From contig CAVUQH010000003.1 of assembly GCA_963743525.1 (NCBI GenBank), forward strand, positions 192,001 to 256,000: 64,000 bases of DNA, read 5' to 3'. Shown here one piece after another: positions 14,269 through 28,021 of the stretch; positions within the stretch are counted from its first letter, which is position 1; every line of letters starts with the position of its first letter. Below the pieces are notes generated by a model. That model worked only from the letters and a program-made list of their open reading frames with translations. It did no database searches and was not told the origin of the DNA. A program made the translations under genes and the position numbers. The DNA comes from an uncultured delta proteobacterium. GTDB lineage: Bacteria; Myxococcota_A; Polyangia; Haliangiales; Haliangiaceae.

Positions 14269-15341
14269 TGATCGCCGGCGGCGGCACCGGCGGGCACCTG
14301 TTCCCCGGCGTCGCGATCGCCGAAGAGGTGCGTGCGCGCCATCCCGACGCCGCGGTGGTGTTCGTCGGCACTGCGCGCGGCATCGAGGCCCGCGTTTTGC
14401 CCGACCTCGGCTGGGACCTCGAGTTGATCCAGGTGAGCGGGCTCAAGACCGTCGGTCTGCTCGGCGCCATCAAAGGCTTCTTTCGCATTCCCAAGGCGCT
14501 GTGGCAGTCGCGCAAGCTGCTCAAGAAGGTGCGCCCGGATGTGGTCGTCGGCGTCGGAGGTTACGCGTCGGGACCGGTGGTGCTGATGGCGCGGCTGATG
14601 CGCATCCCCACCGGCGTGCTCGAGCAGAACTCGATCCCCGGACTGACCAACAAGATCCTCGGCCGCGTGGTGCGCGCGGTCTTCCTCGCGTTCGATCACA
14701 CCAGGCGCTTCTTCAAGCCGAAGAAGATCCTCATGACCGGCAACCCGATCCGCCGCGACATCGTCGCCGCGCTGGAAGCGCCGCGCTCGGCCGGCGCCGG
14801 GGCCAGGCCGCGGGTGTTCATCTTCGGTGGCTCCCAGGGCGCCGTCGCCGTAAATCAGCTGGTGGTCGGGGCGGCCGCGATCCTTCGCGACCGCGGCCTC
14901 GAGCTCGATATCCTCCACCAGACCGGCGAGCGCGGCCTGGACGAGACCAAAGCTGGCTACGCCGAGGCGGGAATCGAGGCCGACTGCCGGGCGTTCATCA
15001 AAGGTATGGCCGAGGAATATCGCCGCGCCGACCTGGTGATCGCCCGCTCCGGGGCCACCACCGTGGCCGAGCTGACCTGCGTCGGTGTGCCGGCGATCCT
15101 CATTCCGTATCCGTTCGCGGCCGATAACCATCAGGAAATCAACGCGAAAGAGCTGGCCGACAGCGGCGCTGCGCGGCTCCTGGCGCAGGACGGCCTGACC
15201 GCCGAGACGCTCGCTGATTCCATCGCCGGGGTGCTGGGGGATCCCGAGACCCTGGCGCGGATGGGATCTGCTATGAAGGCCCTTGGTCGCCCGCGAGCGG
15301 CTGCTGACATCGCCGACTGGTGCGAGCACCAGGCCGGCTAA
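14259..15341 (+). CDS. murG: Lipid I GlcNAc transferase MurG
   Basis: ATG at 14259; AGGGTGGHLFP, GGYAS, EQNSIPG, GNPIR, GGSQGA, RSGATT, HQEINA. Confidence 0.96.
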
Positions 15342-15355
15342 CTGCAGGCGAGCCC

Positions 15356-16770
<1,415 letters not shown>

Positions 16771-16774
<4 letters not shown>

Positions 16775-17705
16775 GCCGAAGCCTGCTGTCGCGGCGCGAT
16801 CGCGAGCATCTCGCCTCGCTCGCCCCCGGCCGTGTGCGCTTCGACGAGCCGATGTCGCGGCGGACGACGCTCAAGATCGGCGGCCCGGCCGACGCGTTCG
16901 CCCTGCCCGAGACCACCGACGAGCTGCAGGCGCTGGTGCGCGCGTGCGTCGAGCGCGGCCTGCCGATGATGGCGGTCGGCAGCGGCTCCAACCTGCTGGT
17001 CCGCGACGGCGGCATCCGCGGCCTGGTCATCGCCACGCGCAACCTGCGCGCGGTCGAGTGGCTCGGCCCCACGACCCTGCGCGTCAACTGCGGCGTGTCA
17101 ACCGGCAAGGTGCTCAGTCTGGCGACCCAGCGCGAGCTCGGCGGCGTCGAGTTCCTCGGCGGCGTGCCCGGCTCCGTCGGCGGCGGCATGATCATGAACG
17201 CCGGCACCTACCTGGGCGAGTTCGTCGACGTGACCACCGAGGTCGACAGCGTGCGCCTGGCCGACGGTGAGCTGGTGACCCGCGACCGCGAGGCGTGCGG
17301 CTTCGTCTACCGCGGCTCGGCGCTGCCGGCCGACGAGATCGTCGCCGGCGCCACCCTCGAGCTGACGCCGCGATCGCGAGCGGAGATCGAGGCCGACGTC
17401 GCCGCGCTGCGCGCCCGGCGCAAGGCCCGCGAGCCGACCGGGGTGCACAACTCCGGCTCGACGTTCAAGAACCCGGAAGGCGACTACGCCGGCCGGCTGA
17501 TCGAGGCCGCCGGGCTCAAGGGCACCCGCGTCGGCGCCGCCGAGTGCTCGCCGGTGCACGCCAACTGGCTGGTCAACACCGGCGGCGCCACCGCCGCCGA
17601 CCTGCTGGCGCTGATCGAAGTCGTCCGCACCCGGGTGCGCGACGCCCACGGCATCGACCTCGTGCTCGAGGTCAAGATCGTCGGAGAAGCGACGGGAGAC
17701 GAGTG

Positions 17706-17706
<1 letters not shown>
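16771..17706 (+). CDS. murB: UDP-N-acetylenolpyruvoylglucosamine reductase
   Basis: IGGPAD, GSGSNLL, PGSVGG..MNAG, SGSTFKNP, HANWLVN. Confidence 0.95.
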
Positions 17707-18629
<923 letters not shown>

Positions 18630-18983
18630 TCACAGCGGGCAGGGACCGCCGGTCGGCCCGCAGCAGATCGACCCGCACAGAGTGGGCCCGCCCGGCCCCG
18701 CGGTCGCGCAGCTGTCGCCGTCCGCGCAGGCGGCGTGGGTGCCGCAGAAGCAGCTGCCGTCGAAGCACTGCTCGCCGGGATTGCAGCAGCCGCCGCCGCA
18801 CTCGACGCCGCTCGAGCAGCTGCCGGTGGGCACGCAGCTCGCCGGGCCGGCATCGCCGTCGGGGAACCGGGCGTCGCTCTGGGCGCTGCCGTCGCGCCCG
18901 GCGCCCGGCCGCGCGTCCGGCGGGCTGCTGTAGATGCCGCACCCGCCGACCAGCAGCGCGCCGAGCAGAATCCACGAGCGCAT
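18630..18983 (-). CDS. Small Cys-rich lipoprotein
   Basis: Signal peptide with lipobox-like VGGC; CGGGCCNPGEQCFDGSCFC and CGSICC repeats. Confidence 0.7.
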   Translation of the reverse strand: MRSWILLGALLVGGCGIYSSPPDARPGAGRDGSAQSDARFPDGDAGPASCVPTGSCSSGVECGGGCCNPGEQCFDGSCFCGTHAACADGDSCATAGPGGPTLCGSICCGPTGGPCPL

Positions 18984-19154
18984 GACCCGAGTATACCGAG
19001 CCGCGGTCAGCGGTCGTGCCATCTCCGCCAGGGTGGCTTGCACGCTAGCCACCCACTGAGGTGTGGACTGCTCGATCTGCCGTGGGCGCTCATACCGAAC
19101 GCAAATGTTGGTAAGCACCAGCACGCCGATAACGCTTCTGCGGGCGAACCCGGG

Positions 19155-19171
19155 TTGGCACTGCCCGTGCT
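19155..19171 (+). promoter_or_regulatory. Putative sigma54 -24/-12 promoter
   Basis: TTGGCACTGCCCGTGCT (GG-N10-GC) just upstream of the ATG at 19184. Confidence 0.55.
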
Positions 19172-19183
19172 TCGTAGGGAGAC

Positions 19184-20350
19184 ATGCTCCGTCCCCCGGA
19201 TGCCACTCACTTCATCACCGGCGCCACCGGCTTCGTCGGAGCCGCGCTCACCCTCGAGCTGTTGCGCACCCACCCGCGCGACCGCGCCCTGTGCCTGGTC
19301 CGCGGCCGCGACCCGCTGCACGCCCGCCGGCGCCTGGTCCAGGCGATCACCGAGGCTGCCGACGCCTACGGCGTGCCCCGCGCCGAGCTGCACTCGATCG
19401 TTCCCCGCCTGACCGCGCTGCGTGGCGACATCACCACCCGGCAGCTCGGCCTGCCCGACACCGACCGCGAGACCCTCCTCGACGCCGGCCCGCTGACCGT
19501 GTGGCACAGCGCCGCTTCGCTCAAGGACACCGAGGACGCGCTGCGCGAGATCCTCCTGCACAACGTCACCGGCACCGAGAATCTGCTCGAGACCCTGCTC
19601 GAGCGCAACGTGCGCGTGTTCAACCACATCAGCACCGCCTACGTCTCGGGCCGCAAGGCCGGCATCGTCGCCGAGTCGCTGCAGCGCCCGCGCGGCTTCA
19701 GCAACCGCTACGAGCAGTCCAAGCACTACGGCGAGATGATGGTCGCCGACCACTGCGCCGCCGCCGGCGTGCCGTACCGCATCCTTCGCCCGGGCATCGT
19801 CATCGGTCACTCCCGCACCGGCCGCGCCACCGGCTATACCGGCTTCCTCGGCTGGGTGCTCAAGCTGGCCTCCCTCGACGAGCTCAGCGGCGGCGCCCTG
19901 CAGCAGCGCCCGCTGCGCTACCTGGGCCGCGCGGACGTGCACATCAACGTCGTTCCGGTCAACTCGGTGGTCGAGGACTGCGTCGGCATCGACGCCGCCG
20001 GCGCCGAGACCTACAACCGGGTGTTCCATCTCACCAACACCGCGCCGCCCACTGTGGGCTGGATGACCGGCGTGATCGCGGATACCCTGGGATTGGCGCC
20101 CGTCGAGCTCAGCACCGACGAGTCCGACCTCGATCCCGTGTCGCAGCGCTTTCACAAGTGGACCCGCTTCGAGCGCCCCTACGTCTCGATCGACAAGGCG
20201 TTCTCGCGCGTCGATTCGGATCGCCTGTACCCCAGCCCCCGCCACGGCAACTGCCCGCTCGACGACGAGCTGATGAACAGAATGGTCCGCCTGGCCGTCG
20301 AAGATTATCGCCGCAAACAGGCGATCCAACGGACCCGAGGCGCCGCCTGA
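19184..20350 (+). CDS. Extended SDR, thioester/fatty acyl reductase-like
   Basis: ITGATGFVG, CLVRG, GDIT, HISTAYV, YEQSK, RPGIVIG. Confidence 0.82.
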   Translation: MLRPPDATHFITGATGFVGAALTLELLRTHPRDRALCLVRGRDPLHARRRLVQAITEAADAYGVPRAELHSIVPRLTALRGDITTRQLGLPDTDRETLLDAGPLTVWHSAASLKDTEDALREILLHNVTGTENLLETLLERNVRVFNHISTAYVSGRKAGIVAESLQRPRGFSNRYEQSKHYGEMMVADHCAAAGVPYRILRPGIVIGHSRTGRATGYTGFLGWVLKLASLDELSGGALQQRPLRYLGRADVHINVVPVNSVVEDCVGIDAAGAETYNRVFHLTNTAPPTVGWMTGVIADTLGLAPVELSTDESDLDPVSQRFHKWTRFERPYVSIDKAFSRVDSDRLYPSPRHGNCPLDDELMNRMVRLAVEDYRRKQAIQRTRGAA

Positions 20351-21159
20351 TGCACACCTGGGAGCACATCACGTCGATCCGCCGGCGCGCCCGCGTGGCC
20401 GCCGTGGCGGTTGGCCTGGCCCTGCTGACCACCGGCAGCCACGCCGACGCCAAGGAGATGACCGCCGACCAGATCGTCAACCGCATGATCGACAACGATC
20501 CGCTCGGCTACGGCGGCGCCGAGGCGCAGCTGGTGATGGCTCTCGTCAACAACCGCGGGCAGACGCGCAAGCGCAAGGTGGTGATGTTCAGCCGCCGCGA
20601 CGGCAAGACCCGCAGGCTGTTCCTCCGCTTCCTGTCGCCGGCCGACGTCGCCGGAACCTCGTTCCTCGGCGTCGACGACGACGGCGACCGCACCCAGCAC
20701 CTGTACATGCCGTCGCTCGGCCGCACCCGGCGCATCTCGTCGCGCCAGCGCAACGCCAGCTTCGTCGGCACCGACTACAGCTACGCCGATCTCGACAACC
20801 GCGACATCGACGACGCCAGCAAGAAGCGACTGGGCGACGAAAAGGTCGGCGCCGAGGACTGCTACGTCATTGCCGCCGCGCCCAAGAACGCCGAGAGCAA
20901 GTACGGGCGCATCGATCTGTGGATCAGCAAGAAGACCTTGTTGCCCCTGCGCATCCGCTTCTACGGCAAGAACGGCAGCGAGATAAAACGGCTCACCGTG
21001 CAGGAGGTCAAGCACGTGGGCAAGCGCTGGGTCATCAGCGAGTCGAAAATGGTCAACCTCAAGCGCGAGCACACGACCATCTTCAAGCTGGTCGAGGTCA
21101 CGCCGAAGGACGACATCCCGCTCGACCAGTTCACCGTGCGCGCGCTGGAGCGCGGCTGA
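20350..21159 (+). CDS. Periplasmic LolA-like outer-membrane lipoprotein-sorting protein
   Basis: Signal peptide; FLSPADVAGTSFL, LYMPSLGRTRRIS, SFVGTDYSYADL. Confidence 0.85.
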   Translation: MHTWEHITSIRRRARVAAVAVGLALLTTGSHADAKEMTADQIVNRMIDNDPLGYGGAEAQLVMALVNNRGQTRKRKVVMFSRRDGKTRRLFLRFLSPADVAGTSFLGVDDDGDRTQHLYMPSLGRTRRISSRQRNASFVGTDYSYADLDNRDIDDASKKRLGDEKVGAEDCYVIAAAPKNAESKYGRIDLWISKKTLLPLRIRFYGKNGSEIKRLTVQEVKHVGKRWVISESKMVNLKREHTTIFKLVEVTPKDDIPLDQFTVRALERG

Positions 21160-21171
21160 GCGCAGCCCGGC

Positions 21172-23037
21172 GTGCGCGCGCTGGTTCTCGTACTGCTGGT
21201 GGCGGTGCTGTGCGCGGCGCCGCTGACCGGCTCCGGCGAGCTGCCCACTGCGCGCGCGCAGGTGTGGAAGCCGGAGGGTAAGAAGAAGGCGCCGGCGCCC
21301 AAGCCGCGCCGGCGGCGGAAGAAGAAGAAGAGACCGGTCGCGAAGAAGCCGGTCGTCGAGCCGGCGGCCAAGCCGGCCGAGCCCCCGGCCGACGCCGAGC
21401 CGCCCGAAGAGGTCATCGACGACGAGGGCGACGACGACACCACCGACGCCGAGCCGCCCGAGGAGACCATCGGCGACGACGACAGCGGCGGCGGCGACAC
21501 CGTGCGCATCGGCGACGACGACGACGACAGCGGCGGCGACACCGTGCGCATCGGTGACGACCTCGACGATGTCGGCGCCAACGTGAAGTTCACCGAGTCG
21601 GACCTGGCGACCAACGAGACCGGCAACGGCAAGGGCACGACCGAGCTCGACACCCTGGCCATGGCCTACCTGCGCATGGGCATCGACACCGTGCAGGACT
21701 CGGTGCCGCTGGCGCCGACCGGGGTCAAGGCGATCGGTGAGGACGTCCTGTCGTTCCGCGTGCACGGCCGCGCCTCGGGCATCGGCCGCTTCGGCAAGCG
21801 GATCAAGATCAAGGTCGCCGGCCGCGCCGACGCCGACCTCGGCCTGGACGCCGACACCCACCGCACCGTCGAGCGCTACGAAGCCGAGGTCTGGGACACC
21901 TACGCCGACCTCTACACCAGCTGGCTCGACCTGCGCTTCGGCAAGCAGATCATCGCCTGGGGCGAGGCCGACATGCTCAGCCCCAACGACGTGGTCAACG
22001 CCCGCGACCTGCGCCGCGGCTTCCTCGATCGCCCCGACGAGCTGCGCCTGCCGGTGCTGGCGCTGACCGCCAGGGCGTACGACGGCCCGTTCTCGATCGA
22101 AGGGCTGTACATCCCGGTCGCGCCGATCAACCGCTTCGAGCTGCTCGAGGGCGACTACGCCCTGCTCGGCCCCAACGCCGCGACCCCGGTCGAGCGGCGC
22201 ATCGGCGCCATCGTCTCCAGCCTGCTCGACGATCCGATGCTCGGCCCGCAGCTGCGCCCGTTCGTCAACATCGCCCAGTCGCCCGACAACGGCATCGACA
22301 GCGGCGAGCTGGGCGGCAGCGTCGCCTTCAATTTCCGCCGCGTCAACCTGGCCGTCTACGGCATCTGGATGCACGAGCGCAGCGCGCGCATCGAGCTCAA
22401 CCCGGACCTGCGCCAGGCGCTGATCGACACCCCGCCGGACATGTACACCCCCGACGGCGTGGCCAACGCCATCGGCATGGTGCAGATGGCCGGCGCCGTC
22501 CCGGTGTCGGTGACGTATCCGCGCAAGCTGCACTTCGGCGGTGCCATCGCCGGCCGCATCGAGCCGGTCGGCATCAAGGTCAACGTCGGCTACGACGTCG
22601 ACGCCGTGGCCAACCTGGTCCCGCCCGGCGGCGGCCCGCTGCTGGCCCAGCCGCGCACCTCGCCCCTGCTCGGCGCCGCGCTGTCGATCGACTACGACCG
22701 CGGCAGCGCCCTGACCGCCGTGCTCGAGGCCGCCCACTACCGCTTCCTCGACATCCCGGACGGCCTCGACGTCTACCAGTACCAGCACGACCGCCTGACC
22801 CTGGTCGCCGGCCGCCTGGAGTGGAACCCCAGGAACGGCCCGGTCACCCTGCGCTTCCTCGGCCTGGTCAACGTCGGCTCGCCCTCCTACGCCCTCCGCC
22901 CGGCGATCCGCCTGTCGGGCCACGACAACCTGTCGGTGGAGATCGCCGCCGCCCTCTACGGCGGCCCGCAAGGCAGCTACGGCGGCGTCGCCGACCGCAA
23001 CGACGAGATCATCCTGACCGCCCAGTACGGCCTGTGA
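21172..23037 (+). CDS. Outer-membrane beta-barrel protein (DUF1302-like) with basic and acidic low-complexity N-terminus
   Basis: Signal peptide; LRFGKQIIAWGEAD..SPNDVVN; alternating beta-strand C-terminus; follows the LolA-like gene. Confidence 0.7.
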   Translation: MRALVLVLLVAVLCAAPLTGSGELPTARAQVWKPEGKKKAPAPKPRRRRKKKKRPVAKKPVVEPAAKPAEPPADAEPPEEVIDDEGDDDTTDAEPPEETIGDDDSGGGDTVRIGDDDDDSGGDTVRIGDDLDDVGANVKFTESDLATNETGNGKGTTELDTLAMAYLRMGIDTVQDSVPLAPTGVKAIGEDVLSFRVHGRASGIGRFGKRIKIKVAGRADADLGLDADTHRTVERYEAEVWDTYADLYTSWLDLRFGKQIIAWGEADMLSPNDVVNARDLRRGFLDRPDELRLPVLALTARAYDGPFSIEGLYIPVAPINRFELLEGDYALLGPNAATPVERRIGAIVSSLLDDPMLGPQLRPFVNIAQSPDNGIDSGELGGSVAFNFRRVNLAVYGIWMHERSARIELNPDLRQALIDTPPDMYTPDGVANAIGMVQMAGAVPVSVTYPRKLHFGGAIAGRIEPVGIKVNVGYDVDAVANLVPPGGGPLLAQPRTSPLLGAALSIDYDRGSALTAVLEAAHYRFLDIPDGLDVYQYQHDRLTLVAGRLEWNPRNGPVTLRFLGLVNVGSPSYALRPAIRLSGHDNLSVEIAAALYGGPQGSYGGVADRNDEIILTAQYGL

Positions 23038-23165
23038 GCGTGCGTCGCATCGGTCGAGGGGCGGATCCCCGGCCCGTACCCCGCTACAGGCAACCGAATA
23101 CGCCCTGGTTCCGATAACAGTGTTGACGGCGAGCGCGTTGCTCGCGACAACGCTTCCCGGAGTCG

Positions 23166-26100
23166 ATGGTGATGAGCAGTCTGTGGATGAAGAAGGCAGC
23201 GCCCCTCGCGGCGCTGGTTGTGGCGCTGGTGGTCGAGGCGGGATCGGCGCGTGCCGGCGGCACGTCGCTCGCCGACCTGCCCGCGTTCACCGCCGACGCG
23301 GCGACCCTGCGAGCGGCGGCGGGCGCCGCGAACGGCCGCGGTGCCGACGTGGTGATGTTGCTCGAGGACGTCACCTATCGCATCGACGCCGACGACACCA
23401 TCGAAGTCATTTACCGCCGCATTCTGTCCATCGTTACCCCCGCTGGCGCCAAAGACTGGCAAGCAGTGTCGGTGTCCTGGTCGCCGTGGCGCGAAAGTCA
23501 GCCGACCATTCGCGGGCGTGTGCTCACGACACAGGGTCAGTTCGTAGACACTGACGCGACCTCGTTCACGGTCCAGCCCGCGGGCAGCCCACACGACGAC
23601 AGCGGCAAGCGGATCGTCGACGCGACGATGCCGCCGCTGGCACCCGGCTGTGTGGTCGAGCAGGAGACGCGCTGGACCACGAGGGCGCTGTTCGGCCCGC
23701 GAACGGGCGCTGTCAACAGCTATCTCTTCGGCAACGACGTGCCGGTCGAGATGGAGCGGGTCACCATCGACGCGCCGCGCGCGGCGCGGTTGCGCGTGGT
23801 CGAGCATGCCACCGCGGGGCTGACTCACCGCGTGACGCGCGCCCACGGTCGCGTCGTACACGTCTACACCCGCGGTCCTTCCGGCCCCGAGCCGAAGACC
23901 GAGCCGTCGGCGCCGGTGGACGCCAGCACGCGCCCGTACCTCGCGTTCACCACGGTCCGCTCATGGGCGGCGCTGGCGGCAGCCCGGGCTCGCGCGATCG
24001 ATCAGCAGATCGCCGCCGGAGACGTCGCCACCGCCGGGATCCCGCTGCCCCACGGCACCACTCGCCACGAGACCATCGCCAACGTGCTGGCCGCCGTGCG
24101 CGCCCGCGTCGCGGTGTCGGCCCTGTCCGTCAACGAGAGCGAGCCTGCGCCGTGGACACCGGCACAGACGTGGAAGAACCGCCGCGGGACCGGCTTCGAC
24201 CGCGCGACCCTGGTCGTCGCCATGTTGCGCGCGTCGAAGATTCCCGCGCGCGTCGCGCTCACCACCGAAGATCCCGCGCGTGAAACGCCGCTGCGCACGC
24301 CACTGCCGTTCTTCTCTCACGCCCTGGTGGTCGTGCCCGGTGCCCGCCCGGTATGGATCGATCCCGAGAGCGACGTCGCTCGCGCCGGCGAGCTGCCGAC
24401 GTATGTGCAGGGCCGCCGCGCGCTGATCGTCGACCGCAAGACCCGCAAGCTCACGACCACGCCGGTGACGACGTCCGCCGACAACCGGGTGTCCGAGCGC
24501 TGCGAGGTCTTCCTTCCCGACTTCGGTCGGGCCCGCGTGGTCGAGACCACCGTGCTCACCGGTCGCGACGAGCGCAGCTTTCGCAACTACTACCGGGGCA
24601 TCGCCGCCGCCGATCTGAACAAGCAGCTGGCCGACTACGCCAAGTCTCGCTACGAGGCCCATCTCGACCAGTACAGCTTCACGCCGCCGACCGACCTGTC
24701 AACGCCGTTTACCTTGAAGCTCGAGCTGTCGGCGGCAGACGAGTTCGCGGTCAACGACGACACGAGCACGATGGCCGCCCGCGCCGGCGCGGCGTTCAAT
24801 GAGCTGCCCGCCGCGATCACCGAGGACGAGCAGGAAAAGGCGGTGGCCGCGCGCAAGAACGACTTCGAGCTCGGGATCCCGTTGTCGCACGAGCTCACCT
24901 ACGAGTTCCACGTGCCACCCGGTCATCTCATCGGTGATCTTCCGGAGAGCGATGTCGTCCAGCTGGGAGTGCTCACGCTCACCCGAGAGGTCAGTCGCAC
25001 CGCCACCAGCGTAACCGTGCGCTTCCTCTTGCAGCGCAGCAAGGCGCGCATCACCGCCGACGAGCTGCGCGCGACCCGCACCGCCGTCCGCGGGTTCCTC
25101 GACAGCGACGCGTGGTCGTTCGACGTCCGCCTCCTGGTGTCGAGGGACCTGGACAGCGACCACGCGGGGCGGGCCGTTCGCGAGCTGCGCGCGTTGATCC
25201 GCAGCCTATCCCGATCGCGCGGGCCTCCACCGCCAGCTGGCCCAGGCGCTGATCGCCGTCGGGCTGCGCGAACCGGCCGAAAAGGAGGCGCGCACCGCCG
25301 TCGCCCTGCGCCGCGATCCCAGCACCCTGCAGGCGCTTGGCTGGGTGCTCAGCTACGGTCGCTTCGGGCGCTCGCACGGGCCTGGTTCCGATCTCCAGGG
25401 ATCGATCGACGCCTACCGCGCGGCGCTGCGCATCGACCCGAAGTACTCACCGGCCCTCGCCAACCTCGCCGTCGCCCTCGAATACGACTGTCACGGCTTG
25501 CGCCGCCAGGGCGATCTGTCCAGGTCGATCGATCTGTACCGGCGCTACTTCGCCAATGGCGGGGTCAACGCGGATTACGGCAACAACCTGCTCCTCGATC
25601 TCGCTGCTTCTCGGCGCTGGCACGAAGCTCGCGTACTGGCGGAGAAGCGCCCTGCAGCGCCTATTCGCAACAGCTCCCTGGTCGCGGCGATCGCCCACGA
25701 GGAGAGCGTCAACGCGGCCGTGGCCGAGGCCAAGAAGCTGGGTGGTGACCTGTACGAGACGGTCGCCGGCGCCTACCGCCAGATGATCCTGGCGCGCGAC
25801 TACCCGACCGCTCGGGCACTGATGCAGCGCGCGTCCGCGGATGCTCCGGCGAAGAAATCGCTGATGCTGGTGACCGCGGCGATGTTGGTGCGCGTGCAGA
25901 AAGACCGCCCGCCCGCGCCGTGGACGGAGCCCCAGCGCCTGGTGCAGGAGGCGCTGCGCCGGCTGATCGTCGAGCCCGGCGCCGAGTCGCGAATCAAACC
26001 GCTCTACGCTCCGATCGCGCGGGCCGTTCATCGGCGTCCGCCGCACCGGGAGATGGCGCTGCAGTTGCGCAAGGTCCTCGACAAGGCTGGCTTCCGCGGC

Positions 26101-27219
26101 GCAGCCGGGGTCGATCTGTTGCGCGGGTTTTCCACGAGCACGGTCAACAAGACGAAGTGGGGCGCGCGCGTCACGGTCGCCAGTGCGTTCTTGCCCCCGG
26201 GATGGCGCCCGCTGCGCGCCTTCGTCGCCCGCCGCGGCAAGGGCTGGCGCCTGCTCGAGCTGGCCGGCCGTAGCGAAACCCTGGCCGCCGAGGCGTTGCG
26301 CCTCCTGGCGGCAGGCGACGTCGACGGCGCCCGCCAGTGGATGACCTGGGCGGCCGACCTGACCGGCGGCACAGGCAACTTCATGAGCCAGGCGGTGGCC
26401 GCGGTGTGGGACAAGCATCCGCATGACCGCGCGCACATCGAGTGGCTGGCGGCCGCACTCATCGCCAACAGCGAAATGGCCGGTGATGCGGTCGGCCCGC
26501 TGCAGGCGTGTCTCGACGCCGAGCCGGACAACGTCGGCTGCGGCCGGGCGCTGGAGGTCGCCGGGGTGAAGCTGAAGAACGCCGACCTGATCCGTCGCGG
26601 GGCGCCAGCGGTGCTGGGCAAGCAGCCACAGCCGTGGCAGCTGGCCGCCTCGGCGCAGGCCGTCGCGATCGTCAACGGGCAATGGACCGATCTCGAACGG
26701 CTCGCCCGCGCGGAGCTGGCAAAGAACCCCGGCGACATCTCGATGACCTACAACCTGGCTCGCGCCCTGTGCGGGCAAGGCAACGGCGTCAACTGCAACA
26801 AGGCCCTCCACGACCTCACGCAGATGACGGCGGCGAGTCCGATGTTCCTCAACGAGTGGGCATGGCAGTCGCTGGTCATCGGCGAGCACGGCGACGAGGT
26901 CCTGACCGCCGCGCAGACCATCGCCAGGCGCGACGGCAGCGCCGGCGTGCTCAACACCCTGGCCGCCGTGCAGGCCGCACGCGGCGAGGTCGAAGACGCC
27001 CGCTCGACCCTGCTCCGCGGGATCGAGGCAGGCAACGGGCAGCCGGACGAAGCGGACTGGCTGGTTCAGGGACGGATCGCCCAGGACCTCGGCTACGACG
27101 ACACCGCCCGCACGATGTACGGCCGGGTTGCCCACGACTGGGACGACGGGATCAACAGCTACGCCCTGGCGCAGCGCTGGCTGTCGGAGATGGCGGCGGC
27201 TCCGGCCGCGGCGCCGTAG
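23166..27219 (+). CDS. DUF3857/transglutaminase-like plus TPR protein, frameshift at ~25200
   Basis: Signal peptide; MPPLAPGCVVE, FFSHALVVVP..WIDP. Removing one C at 25199-25200 joins it to LIAAYPDRAGLHRQLAQAL and the TPR-like 25345..27219 frame. Confidence 0.75.
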
Positions 27220-27232
27220 TAGGCTCGGCCGC

Positions 27233-28021
27233 ATGGCCATGACGTTCGAAGGACAGGTCGCCTGGGTCACGGGCGCGAGCTCGGGAATCGGTCGCGCGGT
27301 GGCGCTGGAGCTGGCGCGACAGGGCGCCGACGTCGCGGTGTCTGCACGGCGAGCGGACAAGCTCGAGGAAGTGGCGGCCGAGATCGAGGCGCTGGGCCGG
27401 CGAGCGCTGGTGGTGCCGTGCGACGTCACCGAGGAAGAGACGCTGGTTGCGGCGGTCAACCGGGTGGTCGCGGAGCTGGGGCGCGTGGACGTCTGCGTGG
27501 CCAACGCCGGCTACGGCGTCGGCGGCAAGATCGCCGAGCTGACCGCGGCCGAGTGGCGGCGGCAGCTGGACGTCAACGTGGTCGGCGTGGCGATGACGGC
27601 CAAGCACGCGCTGCCCCACCTGATCGACAACGGCGGCCGGTTGGCGCTGGTCGGCAGCGTGATGGCGATGATGTCGATGCCGCGCAACGGTGCCTACTCG
27701 GCGTCGAAATACGCGGTGCGGGCGATCGGCCAGACGCTGGCGATGGAGCTGCACGGCAGCGGGGTCAGCTGCACCACCGTGCACCCGGGCTTCGTCGACA
27801 CCGACATCGCGCGGGTCGACAACTCCGGCGTCCTGCACCCGGATCGCGACGACAAGCGGCCGCAGAAGCTGATGTGGCCGGCCGACAAGGCCGCGCGGGT
27901 GATCGTGCGCGCCATCGCCCGGCGCAAGCGCGAGGTGGTGTTCACCGGCCACGGCAAGGTCGGCGCCTTCGTCGGCCGGCACTGGCCCGGCCTGATCCAG
28001 TTCGCGGTGACGCGCCGCTAG
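27233..28021 (+). CDS. Classical short-chain dehydrogenase/reductase
   Basis: TGASSGIG, ANAG, YSASK, HPGFVDT. Confidence 0.92.
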   Translation: MAMTFEGQVAWVTGASSGIGRAVALELARQGADVAVSARRADKLEEVAAEIEALGRRALVVPCDVTEEETLVAAVNRVVAELGRVDVCVANAGYGVGGKIAELTAAEWRRQLDVNVVGVAMTAKHALPHLIDNGGRLALVGSVMAMMSMPRNGAYSASKYAVRAIGQTLAMELHGSGVSCTTVHPGFVDTDIARVDNSGVLHPDRDDKRPQKLMWPADKAARVIVRAIARRKREVVFTGHGKVGAFVGRHWPGLIQFAVTRR

